Notes under the pieces: generated by a model
What the model saw: the letters and a program-made list of their open reading frames with translations, nothing else
Told to the model about the DNA's origin: nothing
Databases searched by the model: none
Source of the DNA: Lingula anatina
Taxonomy: Eukaryota > Animalia > Brachiopoda
Length of the DNA: 64,000 nucleotides
Direction: 5' to 3'
Assembly: GCA_051362555.1 (NCBI GenBank)
Contig: CM120642.1
Span: 17,670,001 to 17,734,000 of the forward strand
Shown here: one piece after another, positions 13,452 through 24,330 of the stretch
How positions within the stretch are numbered: position 1 is the first letter of the stretch
Layout of the letters: the number at the start of each line of letters is the position of its first letter
Program-made: the position numbers and the translations under genes

Positions 13452-13834
13452 TTAAAATTCTCAGTTTAGATTTCATCGTTAATAAAGCAAAACTGCCTTT
13501 CTTTAATGCAAATCTGCACTAATGGGGTCATAGCTTAATAACAAGCTCTTAGAAACTAAAATGACGGCAAGGGATTGTGGCCCATACAAATGTAGTAAAT
13601 TATGCCAATTTTGGTGATAAAATCTTGTTCAGGGATGAAGTTACGCCCCATACCGATTACTGCAGAAAAAAACAAGAAAAGCAATTTTCTGTATCGATGA
13701 AAATAAAGGGTTACAATACCCTCAACGGCTTTAGGCGATCTCGCTTACTTAAATGTCTGCATGGCTACAAAGTTGGGACTCTTTCAAACTGGTACCATAT
13801 AGAAAAGTGTACCGCTCGAGGTGGAAAGGGTATT

Positions 13835-14223
13835 TTAACCAATCAAACTGCCAGACTTGACTTCACAGTTTTTACCTGTGTAGCCAGGGCCACAGACACA
13901 TTTATAACCGTTTACCGCATCAATACATGTGCCATACAAGCATGGCCAGCTGTCGCATTCCTTTACTTTAGTATCACACTTCATCCCGATGTACCCAGCT
14001 TGGCAGCGACACAGTGACCGTCAGTGGGACTGTAGTCACATCTACCTCCGTTCTGACACAGGCATCGCTCACAGCGGGAACCGGTCCACAACTTTGGGCA
14101 CGTGCACTGGAAGGTCTCATCGAGCTGTGTGGTACAGCGTCCTCCGTGAACGCTCCGTCTCCTTACATTGCGCGCCGCTTTTGCAGGGATTTGCAGAACA
14201 TGATGCTGTTGTAGATGTACTTC
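13835..14223 (-). pseudogene. EGF-repeat (Notch/fibropellin-like) exon remnant with internal deletion and frameshift
   Basis: Follows acceptor TTTTTCACAG: CSANPCKSGAQC.. / HGGRC..FQCTCPKLWTGSRCE, CQNGGRC.. / CQAGYIGMKCD..ECDSWPCLYGTCIDAVNGYKCVCGPGYTGKNCE, spread across different frames. Confidence 0.75.
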
Positions 14224-14479
14224 CTGTGAAAAAGACAAAAACATTAAATCGATCCAAGTCAGGGCCCGCTTACAAATCAGCCTATAATTAAAAGACGAGT
14301 GTCTATTTTAACTCATAAAACGAGGAATTAGTGATAATAAATTGCTGTCAATGTTCTAAATGCATATTTGTGATTTTTTCGCCAACATTTCCCCTGCTAT
14401 CTCTTCAAATCCTGTAAACACGAACTGGTTTTAATAACACATCCCCGATAACTGTGGTAAATGTACTCTCTTAAAACCC

Positions 14480-15470
14480 TCCCTTAGCAAAATGAATAGT
14501 TTGCAGCAAACCAGCAAAAAATTTGCAGCAAATTTGCTGCAAACCAAATAGTTTGCAAGAAACTGTTTGCAGGTTGTTGCAAGAAAAATCACAGTTGTTG
14601 CAAATTTGCTGCAAATTTGCAGGAAGATTAAAAGTTTGCAGGTAGTTCGCAAATTTGCAAGAAAGCTTCTATTTTCTTGCAAATTTGCAAGAAGACCTTC
14701 ATTTACATAAAAGTTTGCTGGAAGTTTGCAAGAAAGACTAACATTCTTACAAATGCTGTAAATTTGCAATAAACTCCTCATTTACATAAAGGTTTGCAAG
14801 AAACTCAGCTTTTATACACACCAAGTTTATTCATTTGCAAGAAATTGCAAGACATTGTTTCATGTTTGCAGCAAATTTGCAAATTCTTTTTCACATAAAA
14901 GTTTGCCTGAGATTTGCAAGAAAGTCCATACTTTTTTTTTACTAATATACAGTTAAATTTATGATGTTTGCACCGATCACTGGCGTTTAGGAAGTGCCAT
15001 ATTCAAGCCAAAATATCAGTATTAAGTTTAAAAAAAGAAAAAAAAGGCCAAGTTAACTAACAGCTTATGAGAATTTTGCACGAAACTAAGAAATTTATAA
15101 ACTTTAGTTTATGAGAAGTCTGAAGACACCTGAAGACATTTGCTTATAGATTGCAAGAAGACATTTACTTACAGTTCACGATAAATTTGCAAGAAACTTA
15201 AACAATTACTTACAGTTTGCAAAAAGTTTGCAAGAAACTTAGATAATTACATACAGTTTTCAATAAGTTTGCAAGAAACTTAGACATCAACTTACAGTTC
15301 ACGAAGAAACTTAGACAATTACTTACAGTTCGCGATAACTTTGCAAGAAACTTAGACAATTATTTACAGTTCCCGATAAGTTTGCAAGAAAATTAGACAT
15401 TTACTTACAGTTCGCAAGAAGTTTGCAAAAAAAAAAGGCCATTTGCTTACAGTTTGCAAAAAACTTATAA
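14480..15470. repeat. TTGCAA/TTTGCAAG-rich degenerate repeat array including ~40-bp tandem units (15170-15470); probable transposon subterminal repeats
   Basis: Dozens of (T)TTGCA(A/G) motifs; recurring unit TTACTTACAGTT..C.A.AAGTTTGCAAGAAACTTAGACAA. Confidence 0.8.
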
Positions 15471-15799
15471 AATTAGAAATTTACTTTTTTTGAAGTAAGC
15501 AAGATGTAGACATTTGAAACTTCTTTTCCATTCTCGAAACCATCCTTACTCAAACTAACAAAATGATACTAAAAAAAAAAAAAACAGTTCATGTACAGTT
15601 AAGGATTTTGCCCACTTTTTGGCCAAATTTATTTATTTGCATAACCCCACATAAAAAATAGTTCCAAAGGCTTATATAAATGATTATTTATTTATTATAA
15701 CATTTGTATTTGATATAATCTAAGTTCTTATGTATTATTATCAAATTAATACTTTGATTTACTGCTTATAAAACCGAGTAACCAGGATGATGTTAAGAG

Positions 15800-16240
15800 T
15801 TCATAGGGTTTTCATGATTTAGGTAGATTTGGAGCAATACTGAATTATGATGTAACCCACCAACTATAAGTGAACATAAAAATCAACACTACAGGGGATG
15901 ACATTTCTGAGAAGTACTTCTTAAAAACAAATAAACTCTTTAGCCCAGGGTGAACTTGCAAACCAGTGTACACTGATGGGCATGAAAAGAAGACTTAATT
16001 GACTCCCAGTAATTGCATGGGCACTGGCATACAGAAAAATGAGCAAAATACTAAGGTGCACTGTCAAGTTTTGATCAGGGTAAATTGGTTTGTCACCTGG
16101 GTCATCACAGGTAATTCCATTGAAATCATCATCACTGTCACAACAATCACCATCACAGTGCACTTCATTACTCAACTCTTTTTTTGCTATAAGAGAAGTT
16201 AGGACCACAGTTTTCTTTGCCACTGTCATTTTCACAAACT
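15800..16240 (-). mobile_element. Possible EnSpm/CACTA-type transposase N-terminal relic
   Basis: Acidic stretch followed by PIYPDQNLTVHLSILLIFLYASAHAITGSQL..LL and a frameshifted ..LRSTS/KKYF-like segment. Resembles animal EnSpm transposase N-termini from memory only; adjacent to the subterminal-type repeat array. Confidence 0.4.
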
Positions 16241-17445
16241 TCTTTTAGTTGTGTTATTGTGTCAGATATGTCACATACAGCTGTTGCTTTAACATTCTGT
16301 ACATCCAACTCTTTGGCATTTGGTCTTTATCTTTTGGGTCTCACTCTACCAAGTTGGTCAGCCATCTTGTCTAAAATAAATAAGAAAAAAGAATTGTGAA
16401 AAATATATGTCACAATAAGCCTAGATTGATCAAATTTATTATAACAGGTCTCATAATTAAAAAAGGATGTACATTTTCAGTCCCCATTTACTATAGATTT
16501 CTAAGTAGCATTGTATTCAAAGCAGAAAGATTCTCATTTCATTATATAGCACCTACGTACATAAACAAACTGATTTCTATCTACAGCTAAGAACAGTGGT
16601 CCTTCAATTGAAATGCATACTAGTAAGGGTGGAACTTCAAATTCAAAGTGTCCTTGACACATCTGGTCTTTCAAAGTTTCATGGATAATTACAGTGCAGC
16701 AGAATGGCTGTTTGGTTCTTTTATGGAAACTACACACCTGAGAGATAATTAACTGTCTAAGCAGACCAACATATTACACACAGATTCTTATCTGAGAGGT
16801 CTTTCAATTCAATTTGTTAAATCTCTAAGCCCTGTGGATCATCAGAATGAAACAATGAAAGAATTAAATGCAAATTATTAAACCTTAGCAAGGACAAAAA
16901 AAAGCAAACCCATGCTTATTAAGTTCAGTTGCATATATTCCTTTTTTCAATTATTTGTCCTTCTTGAAAAGTAATCACTATACTCGGATCCTCGGTTTTC
17001 AGGATTTTCTGCTAACATAATTAGTGAAGTATGAATAAAATTTTATTTACAGTTATTTGTACATTGATTATTTAATTCTACCACCCTCATTTGCATATGA
17101 GATCACGTGAGATGCACAAAGCTTCCCAGAGGTCAATGTACAGTTTACTTCTGGAAGTCATCGGACGCGAGTTTTTAGCTGCAAGAAAATCTTCATTCTG
17201 ATTTATATTTTGGACTATATTTTGGACTATATTACAATAGAGAGATAGCAAGCAACTTGCTACCATCTCTGATTACTTTGTTTTACTACCTTTCGAGCGG
17301 TAGATTACGTTCCCACACGCTGTTCCAATTCAGTGTTCGTGGTGAACAGCGGAGAACAGCTTTTAGACAAAGGGACCATAAGTAGGTCACCGCCATTGCT
17401 GAATCTACATCAGCAACTGATGTGGTCAGTTCAATAATAGAGGAC

Positions 17446-18736
17446 ATGGATAAGACGCGCTCAAGAAGCGACAGCAAATTAGAGAAAGCGAGCGGCAGTA
17501 AATCTGCCAGTGGAAAAAGGGATGGCGGCAAGAAGCAGAAAGATCGCCAAACACCACTGCTCGCTACTGGTACGGCAAAGATGGGGACGACCACTAGGTC
17601 CCAAGACAGGGCCGTCTCCGATACTGGAGCAACAAAACCTAAAGAGGTTATTTTTTCTCTTAAAGAGCTTGAGAGCTCAGGCCCCGCCTCAGATGAGGTC
17701 GGTTACAGCGGAGGTTCACACAAAGATGGCGCCGAACATACATGTCAGACGCGGGAGTTACAGGCGCAGATAGACACGCTGATCGACTAAAGCGGTGTCC
17801 ACAATTTTGCCAGTGGTGCAAAGAATAAGTGCAAACATGGGTGCACATGATTCCTCGGACGAGGATGATAATATACACGTCGAAGATGAAGACGATCTCG
17901 ACGAGTCACGTGACCACACAACAGCGGGAAATGAAGCCACAGCTGGCAACGACGACTTGCTGGCTCTGCTCTCACAGTCGCTTAAAACGAAAGAAGCATG
18001 CGGCCCGGCTGTAGACGCGGAATTGGCAGAGAAAATCGACACTATGATGTCAACTGGTATTTCTGACCAGCGGCTGACCGAAGTAAAGGAGAAATACTTA
18101 AGACCGGATAACTGCCAGTATTTGGTTGTGCCGCAGTGTCAGCGAGAGGTTTGGACTGGCGCAGGTGAGATCTTACGTAACCGAGATTTGAAATTACAGA
18201 GAGTGCAGGGGCCTCTCGTGAAAGGCATGACATGCCTTACTGAAGTAATGAACAGCCTCATGGGAGCAGTGAGGGATAAAAATGACATGCCATCTGGACG
18301 AGAATTGTTAGAGAAGCTCTCGGACTGTTTATGCCTGCTAGCAGGCTCCAATGCCGAAATTAACTTGCGTCGGAAAGACGTATGGAAAACAGAAATGCCG
18401 GACAACACCAAGGGTCTCTGTGCAGCCTCCAGGCCTGTCACGGATTTCCTTTTTGGTTCTGATTTGTCAACCGCAGTGAAAGAATTAACAGAAACACATA
18501 AAATGACAACCCAATTCAAGAGATTTACTCCCTCTTTCAAAAGGTTCAGTCCTTACAATAAGCCCCATGCCAACAGACAGGGAAAGCTGACGTTACACCA
18601 CCAGAGCCAGAGGCCTTTTTTAGGGCACAGAGGCAAGAGCTCGCAGAAGCAGAGCGGCAAGTCAGGCAGTTGGAGTTATGGCAAACAAGGCCGCAAGCCA
18701 CCCAACACCAAGGGTCAGAGTCACAACTGGTACTAG
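17446..18736 (+). pseudogene. DIRS gag-like ORF1, split by a frameshift near 17790
   Basis: ORFs 17422-17790 and 17795-18736 are in different frames. KYLRPDNC..LVVP, RDLKLQRVQ and FLFG are typical of DIRS ORF1; position is upstream of and overlapping RT. Confidence 0.75.
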
Positions 18737-20721
18737 GGCCAGTATTCACATCGGTGAGTCCTCAAAAAATTCATGATTATGATATACCCACTAGTGGGTG
18801 TGACATGCCAGCAGGCAGACTAAAATTTTTTGTCAGTCAATGGAAAAATCTAACTCACGATAGGAATATCTTACAGATTGTCAGTGGCATGACCATTGAG
18901 TTTGCTCATACGCCGTTTCAAACTCTAACGCCTACTTGGTCAGTTACTCAAGAAGAGTGCAAGGTGATTGACTGTGAGATTAAAAAATTAATTTCTAAAG
19001 GGGTTATATCTCACTCTATGCCAGAAGAGGGACAATTTATTTCTACTATATTTACTCGCCCCAAGAAAAATGGACAAGTTAGACTAATTTTGAATTTGAA
19101 AACATTAAATGAATTTGTCACCTATCACCATTTCAAAATGGACACCCTCCAATCATGTGTCAATATGATGCAGCCTGATTGCTTTATGGCCTCTATAGAC
19201 CTGAAAGACGCATATTATACAGTGCCCATTGCATTAAGTGACCGCAAATTTCTCAAGTTTATGTGGAAAGATCAACTGTATTCCTTCACCTGTCTGCCTA
19301 ATGGCCTTTCTAGTGGACCATGACAATTTACAAAATTAATGAAGCCAGTTTTAGCACATTTAAGACAGAAAGGTCATGCAATTAGTGGGTATCTTGATGA
19401 CTGTTTTTTGGTCTGTGCTAGTCAAGATGGATGTAAGACAAATGTGGTAGAGACTGTGGAGTTGCTAGAATCACTTGGGTTTCTTGTGCACTATGAGAAG
19501 TCGGTCCTCACCCCCACTAAATGTCTGGAACACTTAGGATTTATTCTGAACTCTGAATCTATGACTGTCAGGGTAAATACAGAAAAAATTGAAAAATTGC
19601 TTAATTTAGCATATTATGCTCTCCAGACTAGACCTTTAAAGATACGCGACATAGCAACATTGATTGGACTAATGGTTTCTTGTTTCCCTGGTACACAGCA
19701 TGGGCAACTTTTCTACAGGGGACTAGAGCATGATAAAAGTGAAGCACTTAAACATGCTAGAGGTGATTATGATGATTTCATGGTTTTATCCTCTCAAGCT
19801 ATATCAGACATCACATGGTGGATCAACAATATACGTACGACATTTAAACCTATTTCTCGGCCAGCTCCATCATGTGTGCTAACTACAGATGCCTCTTTTG
19901 AAGGGTGGGGGCAGCCATAGATGAGGATAAGGTTACAGGAGGCAGGTGGACTGATGCAGATATGTGTGAGATCAACATCAATTACTTGGAGATTAAGGCT
20001 GTTTTGTTTGGACTACAGTCCCTTTGCAGTGATATGCATGATACCCATATTCTGGTGCAATCTGATAATGCTACTACAGTTTCCTACATCAAACACACGG
20101 GTGGCAGCCACTCCCATTCTTGTAATAGTATTGCTAGGGAAATATGGCTGTGGTGCATAGATAGAAATCTCTGGCTGACTGCTACCCACATACCAGGCAG
20201 ACTTAATGCTATTGCAGACAAGGAATCAAGAGTCTTTGATGATAAGACAGAGTGGAAACTAAATCCTGACATATTCCATTACATAACCCACATTTTTGGA
20301 CAACCCTCAGTAGACCTATTTGCCTCCAGACTTAATTACCAGTGTCTCCCTTATGTGTCATTGGAGACCAGACCCAGAGGCTGCAGCGGTTGATGCATTT
20401 ACTATCACCTGGAACTCTTATGACTTATGTTACATTTTTTGCCCTTTCAGTGTTATTCCAGTTGTGTTAAAGAAGATCAGAGAGGAAAGAGCAGAGGCTA
20501 TACTGGTGGTGCCACAATGGCCAACGCAAGCGTGGTACTCAACAATGCAGTCGCTGATGACCAGGCCGCCACTTCATTTAGGCAAACAGAAAGACCTCTT
20601 GACTCTTCCATTCAAACCAGGACTAGTGCATCCACTTTTGAAAAAACTGAACCTCATAGCTTGTCGCCTGTCAGGCAGAGACTGCAGAAAATACAAGTTT
20701 CAGAGAGAGCACAACATATAA
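18670..20721 (+). pseudogene. DIRS reverse transcriptase / RNase H / methyltransferase-like ORF (one nonsense codon, two frameshifts)
   Basis: RT: RLILNLK, SIDLKDAY, LPNGLSSGP*QFTK (TGA 19321-19323), GYLDD. RNase H: TTDAS..GWG, INYLE, SDN, HIPG..N..AD. MT: DLFAS, VDAF, Y.FCPF, VPQWPTQAW. Frameshifts at ~19910 and ~20360. Confidence 0.92.
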
Positions 20722-21629
20722 TTATGAATTCTTGGAGAATTGGCACCAAGAAACAATATAATGTTTACCTCACTAAATGGATTAATTATTCCAGAAAGAA
20801 TAGCATAGACGTTGATAACCATAATATTGCAGATGTATTGGATTTTTTAGCTGAGCTGTTTAATGACGGCGGTGGATATAGCGCACTTAACACCGCAAGG
20901 TCAGCACTCTCCACATTTATGTTTTTTGAGGGTAAGCCTGTTGGCACACACCCATTGGTTATTAGATTTATGAAAGGTGTGTTTGAAAGTAGACCTAGTT
21001 TACCGCGTTATTGTGTTATCTGGGATGTGGCATCAGTACTTAGATTCTTGGAAACCTGGCATCCATTAGAACATTTAAATATGAAACAGCTGACATGGAA
21101 ATTAGTGACACTCATTGCATTAAGCACAGCTCAGAGATGCCAAACAATTCACCAGTTAGATATTGAATGCATGACTATACGGGAAGATGAGGTCATTTTT
21201 AGTCTAAGAAAATTGATAAAACAATCGGTGCCTGGCAAACAGCAGTCTGAAATTGTTATTCCACGCATTACAGATAACGTGAAGTTGTGTGCTATGTCTG
21301 CTCTTTTGCATTACTTGGATAAAACCAAGGGTTATAGGAAATCTTCAAACTTGTTTTTAAGCTTAGTAAAGCCGTATCAACCAGTCACTAAAAGTACTAT
21401 ATCTAGATGGATTAAAGATGTACTGTCTTTGTCAGGAATTGACACAACACAATTTTCAGCTCACAGTACAAGAGCTGCAGCGGCAAGTAAAGCCAAGATT
21501 AAATGTGTCCCACTTGAAACTGTTATGAAAACTGCAGGTTGGAGCAATTGTGGGACTTTTGGGAAATTCTATAGCAAAGACATTGTAGACTCTCATGTAA
21601 TTTCATTTGCTAAAACTATTATGAAGTAG
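20427..21629 (+). CDS. DIRS tyrosine recombinase (intact ORF, up to 400 aa)
   Basis: Catalytic residues R (TAQRCQ), HSTR, W (AGW) and Y (FYSK); N-terminal SAM-like region ALNTARSALS...GTHPLVIRFMKG...RP. Confidence 0.92.
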   Translation: MLHFLPFQCYSSCVKEDQRGKSRGYTGGATMANASVVLNNAVADDQAATSFRQTERPLDSSIQTRTSASTFEKTEPHSLSPVRQRLQKIQVSERAQHIIMNSWRIGTKKQYNVYLTKWINYSRKNSIDVDNHNIADVLDFLAELFNDGGGYSALNTARSALSTFMFFEGKPVGTHPLVIRFMKGVFESRPSLPRYCVIWDVASVLRFLETWHPLEHLNMKQLTWKLVTLIALSTAQRCQTIHQLDIECMTIREDEVIFSLRKLIKQSVPGKQQSEIVIPRITDNVKLCAMSALLHYLDKTKGYRKSSNLFLSLVKPYQPVTKSTISRWIKDVLSLSGIDTTQFSAHSTRAAAASKAKIKCVPLETVMKTAGWSNCGTFGKFYSKDIVDSHVISFAKTIMK

Positions 21630-21715
21630 TTACTATAATAAACAATATATGCTAACCCATCTGGATTGTTCATGATCTGTTCACTGTTTATGCTCATAGC
21701 CAGGTGAACTTTAAA

Positions 21716-21836
21716 ATCTCACGTGATCTCATATGCAAATGAGGGTGGTAGAATTAAAAAATTAAACGAGACTTACCTGTAAGATGAAGTTTGATTGTAA
21801 TTCTACCACCCGAAAGTTGCATATAGAGATAACGTG
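21716..21836. repeat. DIRS internal complementary region (ICR)
   Basis: First half is the reverse complement of the left terminus (17071-17113). Second half is the reverse complement of the right terminus (21970-22047) with one mismatch. Confidence 0.93.
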
Positions 21837-22800
21837 CCCTGCCCTCCCCTCCCTTTATCTCTATTGCAACTTTCGCATTATTCATATAACATAACAGTTC
21901 TCTCCAGACCACATCCATTCACCTGGCCATTCGCGTTCAATATTGACCTCTGGGAAGCTTTGTGCATCTCACGTTATCTCTATATGCAACTTTCGGGTGG
22001 TAGAATTACAATCAAACTTCACCTTACAGGTAAGTCTCGTTTAATTTTTTAATTTTCCTCGACTTTAACACCCCCCTCCCCAATCCGACATTCTTAATAG
22101 TAAAAATGTATTTCTGCCTAAGCATGCTGTGGAATAGATATTTAAGAATAAAACCCTAGATGTCACACAAACCACGTAATTCACAGGCTCTTAAACTCTA
22201 ATTAGTGCCTGAATACCTTTATATTTCTTCTGCTAGTTCGTGCAATGATAGTCTTCACATAGCAATACATGTATTTATTCCTTATGTCTGTGGCATTGGC
22301 TTGTTCGAATAGAATTGCACTGTAAAATCAAGTAAATCTTGATAGAATAGTCCTTAATGCTAGAAAATGATATTTTCCTTGGCACTTGTTATTATTTTCT
22401 GAATCTTTTCTTGTAGTTTTTTTTTTCACTATTGACCTAATAACCTTCAAATTTTTGCAATGTATCAAACTTATTATTTTTTTCAAGAGACACCTTCCAG
22501 ATTCCCCCACCATCCCCCCATTCACCATCCCCCCAGACACAATATTTTGTTACAATGCAAGCTTTATCGGCATACGGGTCTGTGGTAGATCTGACAGCCT
22601 ACATGTATTCCCCCCCAACCCCCCCCCCCCAAACACTTCTACAAGTACTTCCACTTCTACAAGTACTTAAACGTCATATCCTCTCAAAAATAAAAGAATG
22701 CGACCTTCACATCCTGATTTCATTTTATCTATTTTTATTAATTTTTTTATTAATTTGTTTGTTCATTATTTTGACATCTTGCAGAATTTACCGTACGGAC

Positions 22801-23583
22801 ATGACAACGCCAAAGCCATCCACGACGCAAGGCGAAAATCAATTTTCTGTACGTCTTTTAAAAGAGGAACCGACTGAAAGCGATTTAGTATGGAGCATGG
22901 TAGTCCGCAACATAAGCAACAGCATGATTTTAGGAATTACACTTAAAGGAATACGACATCCCCTGTTGAGCGTAGGGACCTTGATGATTTGCGCCGTTAT
23001 TTACCAATATCTAGGTAACATTGTCGTGTCCGGAGCAGTCGCCACTGGAGGCTTAGTGTGCATAAGTTATGCAAACGCTTATTACGGGTTAAAGTACAGA
23101 CTGTTTAACAGTAAATCATCCCCCGATGGAAGTCACAAAATGTACGCGCACTACAATAGCGGGCAAAGGGGGCGTCGGTATTGGGTCGCCGAGCACGACG
23201 GGGTCATCATTGGTGGCGTAGGTATCCAAGAGCAACAGAAGTCAACAGCGGGAAAAAGTGGAGAGCGGAGAACCACTGTGGCAGAGTTGAAAAGGATGGC
23301 CGTGGATCCGGAATATAGAAGAATGGTTGTAGCCAAAGCCCTGTTGGACACTGCCATCGAGTTTGCCAAGCAGCAAGGCTACGATGTGATTATATTGGAC
23401 ACATCTGAGATCCAGCGGGAAGCCATGCGCTTTTACTTGAAGTGTGGATTTGAGGAAATCGGTGTTACCCGGTGTGATACAGTGTTTCCCCTTTTCAGCT
23501 ACAATTTACACAATTTCAGACTACGTCTTAACAAAAAGGCACAGGTACAAGTACAATTATTTTTGTCAACTGTTGAACGATGA
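22801..23583 (+). CDS. NAT8/camello-like GNAT N-acetyltransferase with hydrophobic membrane segment (single coding exon, 260 aa)
   Basis: YWVAE..G.IIGGVG, VAELKRMAVDPEYRR..VAKALL, GYDVIILDTSEIQREAMRFYLKCGF, with hydrophobic helices upstream. Polypyrimidine tract and AG acceptor at 22784 just before the ATG. Confidence 0.85.
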   Translation: MTTPKPSTTQGENQFSVRLLKEEPTESDLVWSMVVRNISNSMILGITLKGIRHPLLSVGTLMICAVIYQYLGNIVVSGAVATGGLVCISYANAYYGLKYRLFNSKSSPDGSHKMYAHYNSGQRGRRYWVAEHDGVIIGGVGIQEQQKSTAGKSGERRTTVAELKRMAVDPEYRRMVVAKALLDTAIEFAKQQGYDVIILDTSEIQREAMRFYLKCGFEEIGVTRCDTVFPLFSYNLHNFRLRLNKKAQVQVQLFLSTVER

Positions 23584-24203
23584 TCTTACATGAGATTATT
23601 GCTATATGCTGACAAACACCCTTAAGTTATATGCCTACCATAGGTTTGTATGGTCTGTTATTGATATTATTTTTGGGTAAAATTAAACAATGCCTTTTGG
23701 TAATTCTCTTAGTTACACTACTTGAAACTGTATGCTGGCATTTGGTTGACTTTTGAGGCTAAAGATTGACTTCAGATGCATGGAGTGATCGAATTAATAG
23801 AAGAAATTATATAAACCCGGTCCTGAATTCGATGGCCGCCCCTGGTACACTAAAGTAAAGAGTACATCCACAGGGGGACGGGGGCGATTGTTCTACCCCC
23901 TCCTCCAAACCAGAGGGCGCTGGGCACTTTGGGTGCAGATAATACCCTGACACCGAAAGTGACACCAAGATGGAGTTCACAATAAAGATTAAGAGCAGAG
24001 ATAATGTTAAGAAATTGAGCCCACATTTAATTTTGATGATTTCAGACTTAGCAGCATGTTAAGGATTAAGCGCAGAGATAAATGTTAAATAACCAATATG
24101 TGGTGACTTCCTTCACTTCCCTCAGTGTAACAGCTGGCTCCGTCACAGCATTGGTTAGTGTATGCAGCGGTATCAGTATTTTATTGGAACAACCGCTATG
24201 TAT

Positions 24204-24330
24204 ACCGGTGTAACGAAACTGAGGGTCCGTGTAACAGAAAGCCCGCACTCCATATAGTTGTAATGGTTAGGGTTAGCCTGACCTAAATGGGTCGAAATAT
24301 AGGGCAAGGCTTAATTACCTGTACAAATGA
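24204..24330. repeat. Short interspersed element with GGTTAGGGTTAG motif; related copies at ~750-860, 29820-29930, 37430-37600 and 49310-49480
   Basis: CCGGTGTAACGAAACTGAGGGTC...ATGGTTAGGGTTAGCCTGACCT recurs in both orientations. Confidence 0.65.

Larger units (their letters stand above)
17071..22047 (+). mobile_element. DIRS1-type tyrosine-recombinase retrotransposon, near full length (~5 kb)
   Basis: Left ITR 17071-17137, right ITR plus extension 21942-22047, internal complementary region 21716-21836, overlapping gag, RT/RH/MT and YR ORFs, TTT termini. Confidence 0.95.

Noticed and set aside
13577-14017. 146-aa plus-strand ORF
   Set aside because: Antisense shadow of the EGF exon.
14480-15470. 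Repeat array as a CRISPR-like locus
   Set aside because: Units are degenerate and contiguous with no unique spacers, there are no cas genes, and the context is eukaryotic.
20427-21629. Tyrosine recombinase as a phage integrase or bacterial contamination
   Set aside because: It is embedded in canonical DIRS architecture with RT/RNase H, ITRs and an ICR.
22555-22800. N-terminal extension of the 342-aa GNAT ORF
   Set aside because: It runs through poly-C and a polypyrimidine tract ending in an AG acceptor, so it is most likely intron; the ATG at 22801 is preferred.
24266-24277. GGTTAGGGTTAG as interstitial telomere
   Set aside because: Only two units, embedded in a dispersed short element.
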